29,837 nt of DNA from Promethearchaeota archaeon (GCA_008080735.1 SHMW01000052.1:1-29837); one strand, 5' to 3'. Counted from the first letter of the stretch, positions 1 to 8,890 are shown. Notes: generated from the sequence alone by a model not told the origin. A program made the numbers and translations.

Positions 1-567
1 AAATAATGAATACATATTGATGTATTCCCTTACCAGCATTTGATTTCGTAAAGAGCCAAAGTCCTCAAAGAAATTATCAAATTCCGTCTTCGGCTTTATA
101 CCCTCATAGTCTTCAAGAGCTTCGTTGTATTTTTGTTCGTCGAATGTTTTCAATTGAGCCTCTAAATTGTTAAGGTAGGCTTTTTTGACCTTTTCATTTC
201 CCGGCTCGTCCAGCCACTTTATAAACTTACCATTAAGAAAGGTCTTCAAGTGGGGGAGCATATCATAGGGGTTAAACTCGATTGCCTCCCCTTTCTCGTT
301 AAACATCACGCACCCGATCTCCAAGTCTCCGTCCACCTGGCTCTCCATAAGCAGCGCATACCCGATCAACTGGGCCATCCCGTTGATAAAATGCTTATTG
401 GGATTGCCGTCAAATTTATAATTCGGCTTGTAATCGGCGATCACGACCTTGTTGCCGTTCTCCTCTTTCAGAATAAAATCGGGGCGCCCCGTCCAGTATC
501 GTTTGGTATCTTCGAAGTGAATTACCCAAGGATTTTCCCCGGAGAGACACTCGTCAAGTGAATTCAC
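1..567 (-). CDS. PD-(D/E)XK (RecB/Cas4-like) nuclease-domain protein, partial; runs off the window's left edge and may be 5'-truncated
   Basis: Manual translation of the minus strand is stop-free from 645 to 1. From GTG at 567: VNSLDECLSGENPWVIHFEDTKRYWTGRPDFILKEENGNKVVIADYKPNYKFDGNPNKHFINGMAQLIGYALLMESQ... It has the GRPD, ADYK and QxxxY motifs. Absent from the ORF track, presumably because its stop lies outside the window. Confidence 0.75.
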   Translation of the reverse strand, partial: MNSLDECLSGENPWVIHFEDTKRYWTGRPDFILKEENGNKVVIADYKPNYKFDGNPNKHFINGMAQLIGYALLMESQVDGDLEIGCVMFNEKGEAIEFNPYDMLPHLKTFLNGKFIKWLDEPGNEKVKKAYLNNLEAQLKTFDEQKYNEALEDYEGIKPKTEFDNFFEDFGSLRNQMLVREYINMYSLF

Positions 568-648
568 TATTAAGTCTAAGTTATTATGAGTGATTTTATT
601 GTTTATTTTAAATAAAACTATTTCTTTTATGGTATATTTTTTAGATCA

Positions 649-2460
649 ATGAAAAAGGATGCTCGAGTGAATTTTTTTCAAAGAAGAGAGAGATTTCTCA
701 CTCAAAATTATAAGTCTAGTTTGCGATTGGTACTTTCTTATCTTTGGGAATATAAATACCATTTCATATTTATCGTTATTTTAGGAATTATACAATCCGT
801 ATTATTTCTATCATTACCTTTATTCCTTGGTCCTACATTGGATATTTTAGTAAATCCTGCAAATTTAATAGAACAAGTCTTTCCTCTCTTTACCTTAATG
901 ATAATAATTCAAGTTATAGTAGGAATTGTATTCGGAGTAAGAATTTGGACGAATAGATGGGTCGGAGCGAATATTATCTATAAATTAAGAAATGATCTCT
1001 TTTCAACTATTCAAATTATGAGCTTTTCGTGGTTAGATGATCATAAAACAGGTGATTTGCTCTCCAGAACGACGAGTGATGTCAATCTACTAAAAGAATT
1101 TTTAGGAAATAATTTACAATTATTTGTTAGACAAGCCTTTACGTTTACACTCAGTTTTCTTATTTTATTTTTGATTAATGTAGAGTTAGCCTTTTATGTA
1201 GTATTTATAACTCCTGCTTTATTTTTTGTTCTATTTAAATTCCGACAGAAGATGAGACCGGTATTCAAGAAATCTAGAGAAACATATGCGGATTTAACTC
1301 ATAATATCCAAGAAAATGTTCAAGGTATAAAGGTAGTCAAATCTTTTGGACGAGAAGATCATGAAATTGAGGGTTTTAGTAAAATCAATGAAGAGTACTA
1401 TAAGGATTCAATGAAAATTATCAAATTACAGGCTACATTTGACCCTATTATCTATTTAATAGACAATATAGCGTTTTTGATCGTTATCCTCGTTGGGGGA
1501 ACTCTAGTTTTGGAAGGGAGAATGACCTTCGGTGATATATTTTCCTTTATATTAATTATGAACTTTTCTGTGGAACCCTTATATTTTATCTCTCGGTTTT
1601 TGGCAAACATGCCACAAATAAGTGAGACCTGTGAGCGCATTACACATATTCTTACCTCGGAAATAACTGTAAAAGAATCTGCTAATGCTAAGAGAATGCC
1701 ACCAATTAAAGGAGAGGTTGAATTTCATAATGTATCTTTCAATTATGATTCTGATGGAAAACAAAAAGTACTGAAAAATGTCAGTTTTAAAACAAAATCA
1801 GGAGAAACTATTGCAATTCTTGGCGCAACGGGTTCTGGTAAATCCACATTAATAAAATTAATTCCCCGTTTTTATGATGTATCTGAGGGAGAGATACTTA
1901 TTGATGGAATTAATATAAAGGACGTAAGTTTTAAATCCCTCAGAAAACAAATCGGATATGTCTCTCAAGATAGAATACTCTTTTCTCGCAGTGTAAAAGA
2001 AAATATTGCCTTTGGAAAACGAGAGATAGAAGAAAAGGCAATTAAAAATGCCGCAAGAATTGCTCATATTGATGAGTTTATTGAAAATGAATTGCCAAAA
2101 AAATATGAAACTCAAGTTGGTGAACGTGGCATGACATTAAGTGGTGGCCAGAAACAGCGAGTAGCGATTGCAAGAGCATTAGCTGTTAAACCACGCATTC
2201 TTCTGCTGGATGATTGCTTCAGTTCTGTGGATGTTGATACAGAATATGAGATTCAGAGGCTATTAAAGGATGTAATTGAAGATACCACCACTTTTTTAAT
2301 CACACAACGCTTAAGCACGGTAAGACATGCGGATAGAATAATGGTAATGGAAAATGGAGAAATATCTCAATTAGGAAGTCATCTAGAATTAATGCAACAA
2401 GATGATGGAATATACAAAAAACTTTATTTAACATTAAAAGTGGAGGAGCGGGCAAGATGA
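649..2460 (+). CDS. ABC exporter half-transporter (TMD+NBD), subunit with degenerate Walker B/H-switch (TM287-like)
   Basis: Multi-TM N-terminal domain; Walker A GATGSGKS; signature LSGGQ; Walker B LLLDD (E to D); switch ITQR (H to Q). Confidence 0.95.
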   Translation: MKKDARVNFFQRRERFLTQNYKSSLRLVLSYLWEYKYHFIFIVILGIIQSVLFLSLPLFLGPTLDILVNPANLIEQVFPLFTLMIIIQVIVGIVFGVRIWTNRWVGANIIYKLRNDLFSTIQIMSFSWLDDHKTGDLLSRTTSDVNLLKEFLGNNLQLFVRQAFTFTLSFLILFLINVELAFYVVFITPALFFVLFKFRQKMRPVFKKSRETYADLTHNIQENVQGIKVVKSFGREDHEIEGFSKINEEYYKDSMKIIKLQATFDPIIYLIDNIAFLIVILVGGTLVLEGRMTFGDIFSFILIMNFSVEPLYFISRFLANMPQISETCERITHILTSEITVKESANAKRMPPIKGEVEFHNVSFNYDSDGKQKVLKNVSFKTKSGETIAILGATGSGKSTLIKLIPRFYDVSEGEILIDGINIKDVSFKSLRKQIGYVSQDRILFSRSVKENIAFGKREIEEKAIKNAARIAHIDEFIENELPKKYETQVGERGMTLSGGQKQRVAIARALAVKPRILLLDDCFSSVDVDTEYEIQRLLKDVIEDTTTFLITQRLSTVRHADRIMVMENGEISQLGSHLELMQQDDGIYKKLYLTLKVEERAR

Positions 2461-4343
2461 GTAGAATCGCATCTACAGATACGGAATCACAGGAAAGTTT
2501 AAAAGAAAAATACGATTTAGGTACCCTACAAATCATAAAGCGCTTATTTCAATATATTGGAGGTAAGAATAAAAAATTTGTCGCTCCATTGGCGATAATA
2601 ATAAGTTTGAACATTGTATTTAACTGGTTCTCTCCTCTAATTTTTAAGTTTCTAATCGATGAAGGTTTAGGAGGATATTTCGGAAGCGGAGGGAGTGGAG
2701 ATATTAACACTATCATCACCGCAGGTGTATTCTATTCTTTAATCACGATACTAAGTGTACTCACAAGGATCGGCCAAGGCTATATCATACAGAAATTAGC
2801 AACCATTACTATGTATAATCTGAGATATGAATTATTTACAAAATTTCAATTCCTTGGATTAGATTATCATGACAGTCCAGATAAAACAGCTGGTAAAAAG
2901 GTGTCCTATTTAACCAATGATGTGAATACTCTACAAGAATTAATCAATAGCGGCCTTCTTGCGGTAATAGGAAATATATTTCTAGTATTTGGTGCGCTAG
3001 CTTTTATGATTATATTAAGCCCGCAATTGACTTTAGTTTCTTTTTTGATTATCCCCTTAATTTTTCTCATTGGAGGGGGAATATTTACGAAAGCGCGAAA
3101 ATATTTCCAAGAACTACGAGAACGAGTTTCAAATGTTACTAGTACCCTAGATGAATCCATCATGGGTATGAGAACCATACAATCATTTGCGGTAGAAGAG
3201 GAAAATTATGAAGAGTTCACCAATGCAACTTTGAAGGAACGAGAAACAACGTTAAAATCAGCTAAACTCTTCGCATTAATTCCTGGACTAGCCCTTCTTA
3301 TAATAAGCTCAGGTTTGATGGCATTGTTTTTTACTGGAGGGGTGTTAATACGCGATGGAGTAATAACAGTTGGGACTTTAGTTGCATTTATATTTTATAT
3401 TTTCCAATTCTTCGAACCCATGATTGCGTTAATTGGTTTTTTCACTTTACTTCAGAATTCCATCGCCGCTGGGGCTCGCATGGTGAATTTGTTAGATATG
3501 GAGCCCTCCATTAGAGAGAAAAAAGATGCTAAAGAAATTCAAAAAATCCAAGGAGATATAAAATATCATAAAGTCACTTTTCATTATGAGGAAGATCAAC
3601 CTGTTTTAAAGGATATTTCTGTCCATATCAAACCAGAAGAAAGGTTAGCTCTTGTTGGATATACTGGTGCAGGGAAAAGTACATTTATAAAACTTTTAAG
3701 TAGATTTTATGATCCCAATAATGGCCAGATTTTATTAGATGGAAATGATTTGCGAGATCTAAAGTTGGATACGATTAGGAGGAGAATGGGTATTGTTCTC
3801 CAAGAAAACTTCCTCTTCTCGACGAGCGTAATGGAAAATATACGCTATGGAAAATTAAACGCATCTGATGAACAAGTTATTGAAGCCGCCAAGAAAGTTA
3901 GCGCTCACGAGTTTATCGTTGAATTGGAAAGTGGATATCAAACCATCGTTGGAGAGCGCGGAAATAAGCTCTCTGAAGGAGAACGTCAGTTGATCGCATT
4001 TGCTCGCGCATTAATAGCAGATCCTCCAATCTTAATTCTAGATGAAGCGACTTCTTCTGTAGATCCATATAGTGAGTTGCTAATCCAACAAGCACTCGAA
4101 ACCTTATTACAAGGACGTACAAGTATCTCCATCGCCCATCGATTATCCACAATAATTAATTCTGACAGAATAATAGTATTAGATAAGGGTAAGATAATTG
4201 AGGAAGGATCTCATCAAGAATTAGTAGAAAAGGGAGGTTTCTATGAACATCTCTATGAAATGCAGTTTAAAGACCCATTCAAAAAAGAAGAAATTAAAGA
4301 AAAATTCTCAACAGATGATTTGGATGAAAAAATCTTATCTTGA
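2457..4343 (+). CDS. ABC exporter half-transporter (TMD+NBD), partner subunit (TM288-like)
   Basis: ATGA overlap with the upstream gene; Walker A GYTGAGKS; deviant signature LSEGE; canonical ILDEATS and IAHR. Confidence 0.95.
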   Translation: MSRIASTDTESQESLKEKYDLGTLQIIKRLFQYIGGKNKKFVAPLAIIISLNIVFNWFSPLIFKFLIDEGLGGYFGSGGSGDINTIITAGVFYSLITILSVLTRIGQGYIIQKLATITMYNLRYELFTKFQFLGLDYHDSPDKTAGKKVSYLTNDVNTLQELINSGLLAVIGNIFLVFGALAFMIILSPQLTLVSFLIIPLIFLIGGGIFTKARKYFQELRERVSNVTSTLDESIMGMRTIQSFAVEEENYEEFTNATLKERETTLKSAKLFALIPGLALLIISSGLMALFFTGGVLIRDGVITVGTLVAFIFYIFQFFEPMIALIGFFTLLQNSIAAGARMVNLLDMEPSIREKKDAKEIQKIQGDIKYHKVTFHYEEDQPVLKDISVHIKPEERLALVGYTGAGKSTFIKLLSRFYDPNNGQILLDGNDLRDLKLDTIRRRMGIVLQENFLFSTSVMENIRYGKLNASDEQVIEAAKKVSAHEFIVELESGYQTIVGERGNKLSEGERQLIAFARALIADPPILILDEATSSVDPYSELLIQQALETLLQGRTSISIAHRLSTIINSDRIIVLDKGKIIEEGSHQELVEKGGFYEHLYEMQFKDPFKKEEIKEKFSTDDLDEKILS

Positions 4344-4485
4344 AGGAATTTTTTTCATCGGAGTGCCGATTTTGGGAAATTGATTAATTCATAATCGATA
4401 CCTTGAAAAAAAGAAATAAAAAGGATAAGCATCATCAAAAATGATAAATAGACTTTTATTTATAAGTATTGGCTAATTTCCCCTC

Positions 4486-4830
4486 TTAATTGGGAAATTC
4501 ATAGCCACAATTTTTACAAATAGTTTTTTTGGCATAAATCTTAAGTCCACCTTGTTGGTGAAGCACTTTAGATTTATCAGATTCTTCCTTAAAATCGGTT
4601 CCCCCGCATTTGGGACAAACCCGCCGCCCTTCAATAGGGGGAGCTTCTTCCAATTTTTCCTCCTCCTCTTGTTTATCAACGACTGCTGAAGGTTTTACAG
4701 AGCCTCCACCTGATTTCGCGGCACGCGAGATTACACTAGTTCCACCAGTACCACCGGAATTTAGAAGCTTATCCAGTTTGGAATTTACTGTTTCCAATAA
4801 GTCGATCACTTTTTCCTCAAATTCAGTCAA
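4486..4830 (-). CDS. Small zinc-ribbon protein (N-terminal amphipathic helix, Gly/Ser linker, acidic patch, CPKC...CKNC)
   Basis: Two CxxC pairs; TTG start preceded by an SD-like GAGGAG on the minus strand (about 4839-4844). Confidence 0.8.
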   Translation of the reverse strand: MTEFEEKVIDLLETVNSKLDKLLNSGGTGGTSVISRAAKSGGGSVKPSAVVDKQEEEEKLEEAPPIEGRRVCPKCGGTDFKEESDKSKVLHQQGGLKIYAKKTICKNCGYEFPN

Positions 4831-4973
4831 TATTACATCTCCTCTTTTTTAATACAAGATAAATACTTTTAATAATGAGATCTAGGATTTGTTTTAAATA
4901 TCTTCGTAAAAGTAAAACCTACTTAATTAGAAAATACCTAGTATTTTAAAATAATATTTCATACGGTTTGAGA

Positions 4974-7313
4974 TTAGGTTCTTTGTTTAACAGGTACAAA
5001 CATCTTGAAAAAATTTTGTTTCACACTTACTCCGCCATGGAATTTAATAATTATCTTATTTCCCGAGAGTGTGGTTGCATGTAGACTATTATAAGAATCA
5101 CCAAAACCATTGAAAATTATAATTTCCCCATCCGAGATACTAGAATCCAATTTTGAAGAATCTTTTATTCTTAAATGCATTCCTGATTCAATATCTGCTA
5201 AATCGTTAACATTATGGATGCTTGAAAACGAATAAGAACCCGCATAATTCTCTACTACATAATCATAGAGCTGTTTAAGTGGTTTCTTTTCTATCTCAAC
5301 AACCTCTCCTTTAATTCCTCGCTTAGCGATCAGTAAAGCAGCAATCGCATGATCAACAAATCCTTTGCTTTTAACTTCGCTCACGAGTTTCCCATCTTGT
5401 AATTGATATAAAGCCTCTTTAGTTGTTTTGAACTCATTTACCAGAAAGATGTCAGGTGGTTGAAATTTCGGTGCTGAAACTTTTTCTTGAGCTTGTCTCT
5501 CTGATTCCTCAGTATATTTACTGTAATCCGTTATAATACATTCGTTATTTTCACACGGAATATTAAAATATTCAATTAGGAAATCAATAATAAACTTTGA
5601 ACCGGGACCATTTCCAACAAATATTTTATTGATAAATTCCTTATCATCACTCAAAAAAAGATCAAGCTCCTCGTGAAGTTGATCTTTGGCAGCCATACGT
5701 GTTTTTGTATTTTTTATATTCTCTTTAAGATTTACATACCAAAGAGATGGAAGTTCCGAACGTTCGATCATACAAAAACCAAAATGTCTAGTGCCCGGGT
5801 CTACCGATAAGATTCTCTCACTCTGTTCGAAATTAAAAAGGTTAATATCGGCCCTTCCGTTGGATATTTTCATCAATGAATTAAAGAATTTTTCAAATTC
5901 TTGATTTTTAACTTGTAAGAAAAATACATTCGCTTGAGATTGATACAATACCTCAATATCGTACTTTTCAATAATGGAATAAATATTATGATAATTTTCT
6001 ACTTTCACAATAACATCTTGATGTGGAACTATTTTAATTAGTCCTACTTTTTCTATAGCTTTCGCAATTGCTTGAGCGATATCATCTTCGTTTTTCCCCG
6101 AGAGGATATCTACATGAAGTCCGTCAAGATGAAATGCTTCATAAGCTGTTGTGGCCCCTAAAATATCATACATTCGTTTCTCTTTTTTGCCTCTACGAGT
6201 AATAGTTATTTGTTTTTTGAAGCGGGGAGCAATTCGTACTCTGGCAGTGTTGTAACGAGCCTTACTTTTTTTGTTTATGGTTATGATTCCTTTAACTTTA
6301 GATTTTGTGATTTTAAAGTTAATTAGAGTCTCAAGGTTTTCCTTGATAAAATCAAACTGTACATTTCCAAGTACTTGAATAATTATTTCTCTTTTTTCTA
6401 TATAATAATCAAAAGAAGGAACTATTTTTTTAAGATTTTCGAGTATTTCTATTCCGGTCTTAAATTTAACTGCATCATCAATCTGGATATGAAATTCTTT
6501 TCTTGGTTGGATCTCTGATAAGATACTGTCGATTTTAGCAGAGAAAAACTTTCCTTTATAATATTTGGTTCCCAATTCAAATTTTGAATCTATATTTAAT
6601 GATGCTTGTACGATTTGCCCTTCATACGCAACTTTCAGAGGTTTTCCTTTTATAGAAAATAACTGCCGAATACGAACTTTGTCAGAGATGTAGGTATTTG
6701 ATTCTAGTTTGCCAGAAAAAATTCCAATATTGATTAATTCCCCAATCCCTTTTTTTTGATTATACCCTAAAATAATAAACCCAGGTTCTTCATCATAATT
6801 TTCTCTATGTCTAACGTAGATAGATAATTTTTCAATTAATTCATCAATACCAAATACTTCCTTTGCCGATGTTTCTATAATAGGATATTTTTTATTATCT
6901 AATCTTGTAAGGTCTTTTTCAATTTTCTGTGTATCAGCTGTTCGGAGATCCATTTTTGTAGCCGCAATGATAACCGGAAGATCTTTTTTGAGTGCTTTTT
7001 CATGAAGCCAGTAAGTCCTTGCTTGAAAGCCCTCATTTCCTGAAACAACTAAAACTAAAAGATCAGCGAATTCCAGACCAAGTGCAATGCTGCCTTTAAA
7101 ATCCGCATGTCCAGGAGAATCCAAGAAATTGAGCAAAATGTTCTTTTCTTTGAGCATGAATTGAATTACTTTCAAACTCACTGTGGTTCCATGATTAAGC
7201 TCATAATCGAGATTATCGGGAAACTTACCCACTATTCTGGAGATTAAAGAAGATTTCCCCGCTTGGGAATGTCCAGCAACGAGTACATTGATAATTCGGT
7301 GTTTTTTCTCCAT
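4974..7313 (-). CDS. EF-G/TetM-like translational GTPase fused to a C-terminal YqgF/RuvX (RNase H-fold) nuclease domain
   Basis: G1 GHSQAGKS, G2 ELNHGTTV, G3 DSPGHADF, G4 TKMD, G5 TSAK. EF-G domain III-like (IIIQVLGNVQFDFIKENL) and domain V-like (FFNSLMKISNGRADINL) segments follow. Then come the YqgF-like motifs ILSVDPG, FVGNGPGS, LVNEFKTTKEA and VDHAIAALLI. Confidence 0.8.
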   Translation of the reverse strand: MEKKHRIINVLVAGHSQAGKSSLISRIVGKFPDNLDYELNHGTTVSLKVIQFMLKEKNILLNFLDSPGHADFKGSIALGLEFADLLVLVVSGNEGFQARTYWLHEKALKKDLPVIIAATKMDLRTADTQKIEKDLTRLDNKKYPIIETSAKEVFGIDELIEKLSIYVRHRENYDEEPGFIILGYNQKKGIGELINIGIFSGKLESNTYISDKVRIRQLFSIKGKPLKVAYEGQIVQASLNIDSKFELGTKYYKGKFFSAKIDSILSEIQPRKEFHIQIDDAVKFKTGIEILENLKKIVPSFDYYIEKREIIIQVLGNVQFDFIKENLETLINFKITKSKVKGIITINKKSKARYNTARVRIAPRFKKQITITRRGKKEKRMYDILGATTAYEAFHLDGLHVDILSGKNEDDIAQAIAKAIEKVGLIKIVPHQDVIVKVENYHNIYSIIEKYDIEVLYQSQANVFFLQVKNQEFEKFFNSLMKISNGRADINLFNFEQSERILSVDPGTRHFGFCMIERSELPSLWYVNLKENIKNTKTRMAAKDQLHEELDLFLSDDKEFINKIFVGNGPGSKFIIDFLIEYFNIPCENNECIITDYSKYTEESERQAQEKVSAPKFQPPDIFLVNEFKTTKEALYQLQDGKLVSEVKSKGFVDHAIAALLIAKRGIKGEVVEIEKKPLKQLYDYVVENYAGSYSFSSIHNVNDLADIESGMHLRIKDSSKLDSSISDGEIIIFNGFGDSYNSLHATTLSGNKIIIKFHGGVSVKQNFFKMFVPVKQRT

Positions 7314-7553
7314 TATAATTTGTATAATGAGACATTAAATGTAAAAATTTAGATCATATTCTAGATATACGGGATTGAAGTCTTTGTGGTTTAAGATTTG
7401 GGTTTGATTTTCTTCTTTGAAAATCCAAATTTATATTTTAAAATTTTTTTCTCAGTTTTTTTATTTGAAATTCAATTTATTGAAAAAAATATCGCATTTT
7501 TTTTTTATAATATCATAAAATAGTTTATATCCAATTCTATAATCAATTTAGTT

Positions 7554-8378
7554 ATGAAATCTAATGAAAAAGAATCTGAATGGTTAATTCCAAAGTCGGA
7601 AATTTCTTTCGAATATTTGACTCGATTCAATCGGAATATGATGGTTCTGCATTTAATACAAGGAATTTTGATGATTATTCTTGGACTTTTGCCAACATTT
7701 CAATATGAAGCAAATATTTATACTATATATCCAATATATTTCCCAGATGTTGCTCCAGGGCCCGAATTGCTATTCGAGTTTAGCGCAGTTGGAGCGTTAG
7801 TAGGCATATTTCTCTTATTGTCGGCCATCGCACATTTTTTAATAGCATACCCTCTGAACAAAATGTATCAAGAAGATTTAAAGAAAGGTATAAATAAAGT
7901 GCGCTGGTTTGAATATGCTCTTTCCAGTTCAGTGATGATAGTATTAATCGCAATTTTTTTTGGTGTGCGAAGTTTCTGGTTATTATTTACTCTTTTCGTT
8001 TCCAATGCGCTTATGAATATGTTTGGATTGATTATGGAGCAATATAATGTATATACACGAAAGATGGGCGAGAAAATTCGATGGGGTCCTTATTATCTTG
8101 GAGTAATAGCTGGTGTGGTGCCTTGGATCGTTATCACCGCATTTTTTATCACAGCAGGCTTAGAAGCAGCAGGAGAAATTCCCTTATTTGTATATTTGAT
8201 TTACGGCATTGAATTGTTCTTCTTTAATACATTCGCAATCAATATGATACTTCAATATAAAGAGGTAGGAAAATGGAAGGACTATCTATATGGTGAACGG
8301 GTATATATCGTTCTTAGCTTAGTTTCAAAAACATTCTTAGCGTGGCTCGTCTTCTTTGGAGTTTTCCAACCTGCCTAA
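7554..8378 (+). CDS. heR: Heliorhodopsin
   Basis: 7-TM pattern; N-terminal LTRFN..VLHLIQG; AIAHF; INKVRWFEYALSSSVM; NALMNMFGLIME; YLYGERVYIVLSLVSKTFLAW with the retinal-binding Lys. Confidence 0.95.
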   Translation: MKSNEKESEWLIPKSEISFEYLTRFNRNMMVLHLIQGILMIILGLLPTFQYEANIYTIYPIYFPDVAPGPELLFEFSAVGALVGIFLLLSAIAHFLIAYPLNKMYQEDLKKGINKVRWFEYALSSSVMIVLIAIFFGVRSFWLLFTLFVSNALMNMFGLIMEQYNVYTRKMGEKIRWGPYYLGVIAGVVPWIVITAFFITAGLEAAGEIPLFVYLIYGIELFFFNTFAINMILQYKEVGKWKDYLYGERVYIVLSLVSKTFLAWLVFFGVFQPA

Positions 8379-8387
8379 GTCTTATTA

Positions 8388-8412
8388 AACTCTTTTTTTT
8401 CTTCTTCTCTTA
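8388..8412 (+). terminator. Pyrimidine/oligo-T tract, probable archaeal terminator of heliorhodopsin
   Basis: T8 run and CT-rich tract directly after the stop codon, between convergent genes. Confidence 0.4.
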
Positions 8413-8440
8413 ATAATATCAAAGTTACTCTTAGCTTTCC

Positions 8441-8890
8441 TCAACCGACTCCATGTTTTCCAGCATATATAGATGCTCCCAGCTGCATAAAATAGGAGAT
8501 CATGGTAATTATCCCATAGATTACTCCTATTGCCCAAGTAATACCCCATGTTAGAATTAATCCGATATAGTATAATAATAGAAATGGAATTAAAATTCTG
8601 TAATTCCGAGGATTTCTAAATTCTACTTTTTTAATATAATCGACCATCAGTGAAAATACCATAAAAGAAATTAAAATACCTGGAAAAATCCAATACCACC
8701 ATTCTCTCAACAGGAAAAGATTTCCAAGAACGATAAGAAATAATGGAACACCTAAAAAAATAAATAGCTTCCCAGAGATATCTGCCATAGATTGATTTTT
8801 CACTCTTCCTATGAACATTAGAGATGCAAAAATGTTTGCCAGATTGATTATGATGAATATACTAAAGTCTAATAATTGTAAATAATCCAT
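8441..8890 (-). CDS. Small integral membrane protein (about 5 TM), function unknown
   Basis: 149 aa, strongly hydrophobic helices separated by short charged loops. Confidence 0.8.
   Translation of the reverse strand: MDYLQLLDFSIFIIINLANIFASLMFIGRVKNQSMADISGKLFIFLGVPLFLIVLGNLFLLREWWYWIFPGILISFMVFSLMVDYIKKVEFRNPRNYRILIPFLLLYYIGLILTWGITWAIGVIYGIITMISYFMQLGASIYAGKHGVG

Noticed and set aside
250-561. 103-aa plus-strand ORF in the track
   Set aside because: Antisense shadow of the minus-strand PD-(D/E)XK nuclease frame, which has recognisable motifs.
1-567. Calling the nuclease Cas4 or a CRISPR-associated gene
   Set aside because: No four-Cys Fe-S pattern in the visible part, and no cas genes or array in the window.
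1452-4852. Short ORFs overlapping the ABC genes and the Zn-ribbon gene (1452-1640, 1579-1764, 1858-2115, 2300-2536, 2906-3178, 3913-4152, 4473-4679, 4610-4852)
   Set aside because: Antisense or alternate-frame shadows of well-supported genes, without motifs.
4974-7313. Annotation as canonical EF-2/EF-G, TetM or LepA
   Set aside because: Diverged G1/G2/G4 motifs, shortened domains, no diphthamide loop and an additional nuclease-like domain.
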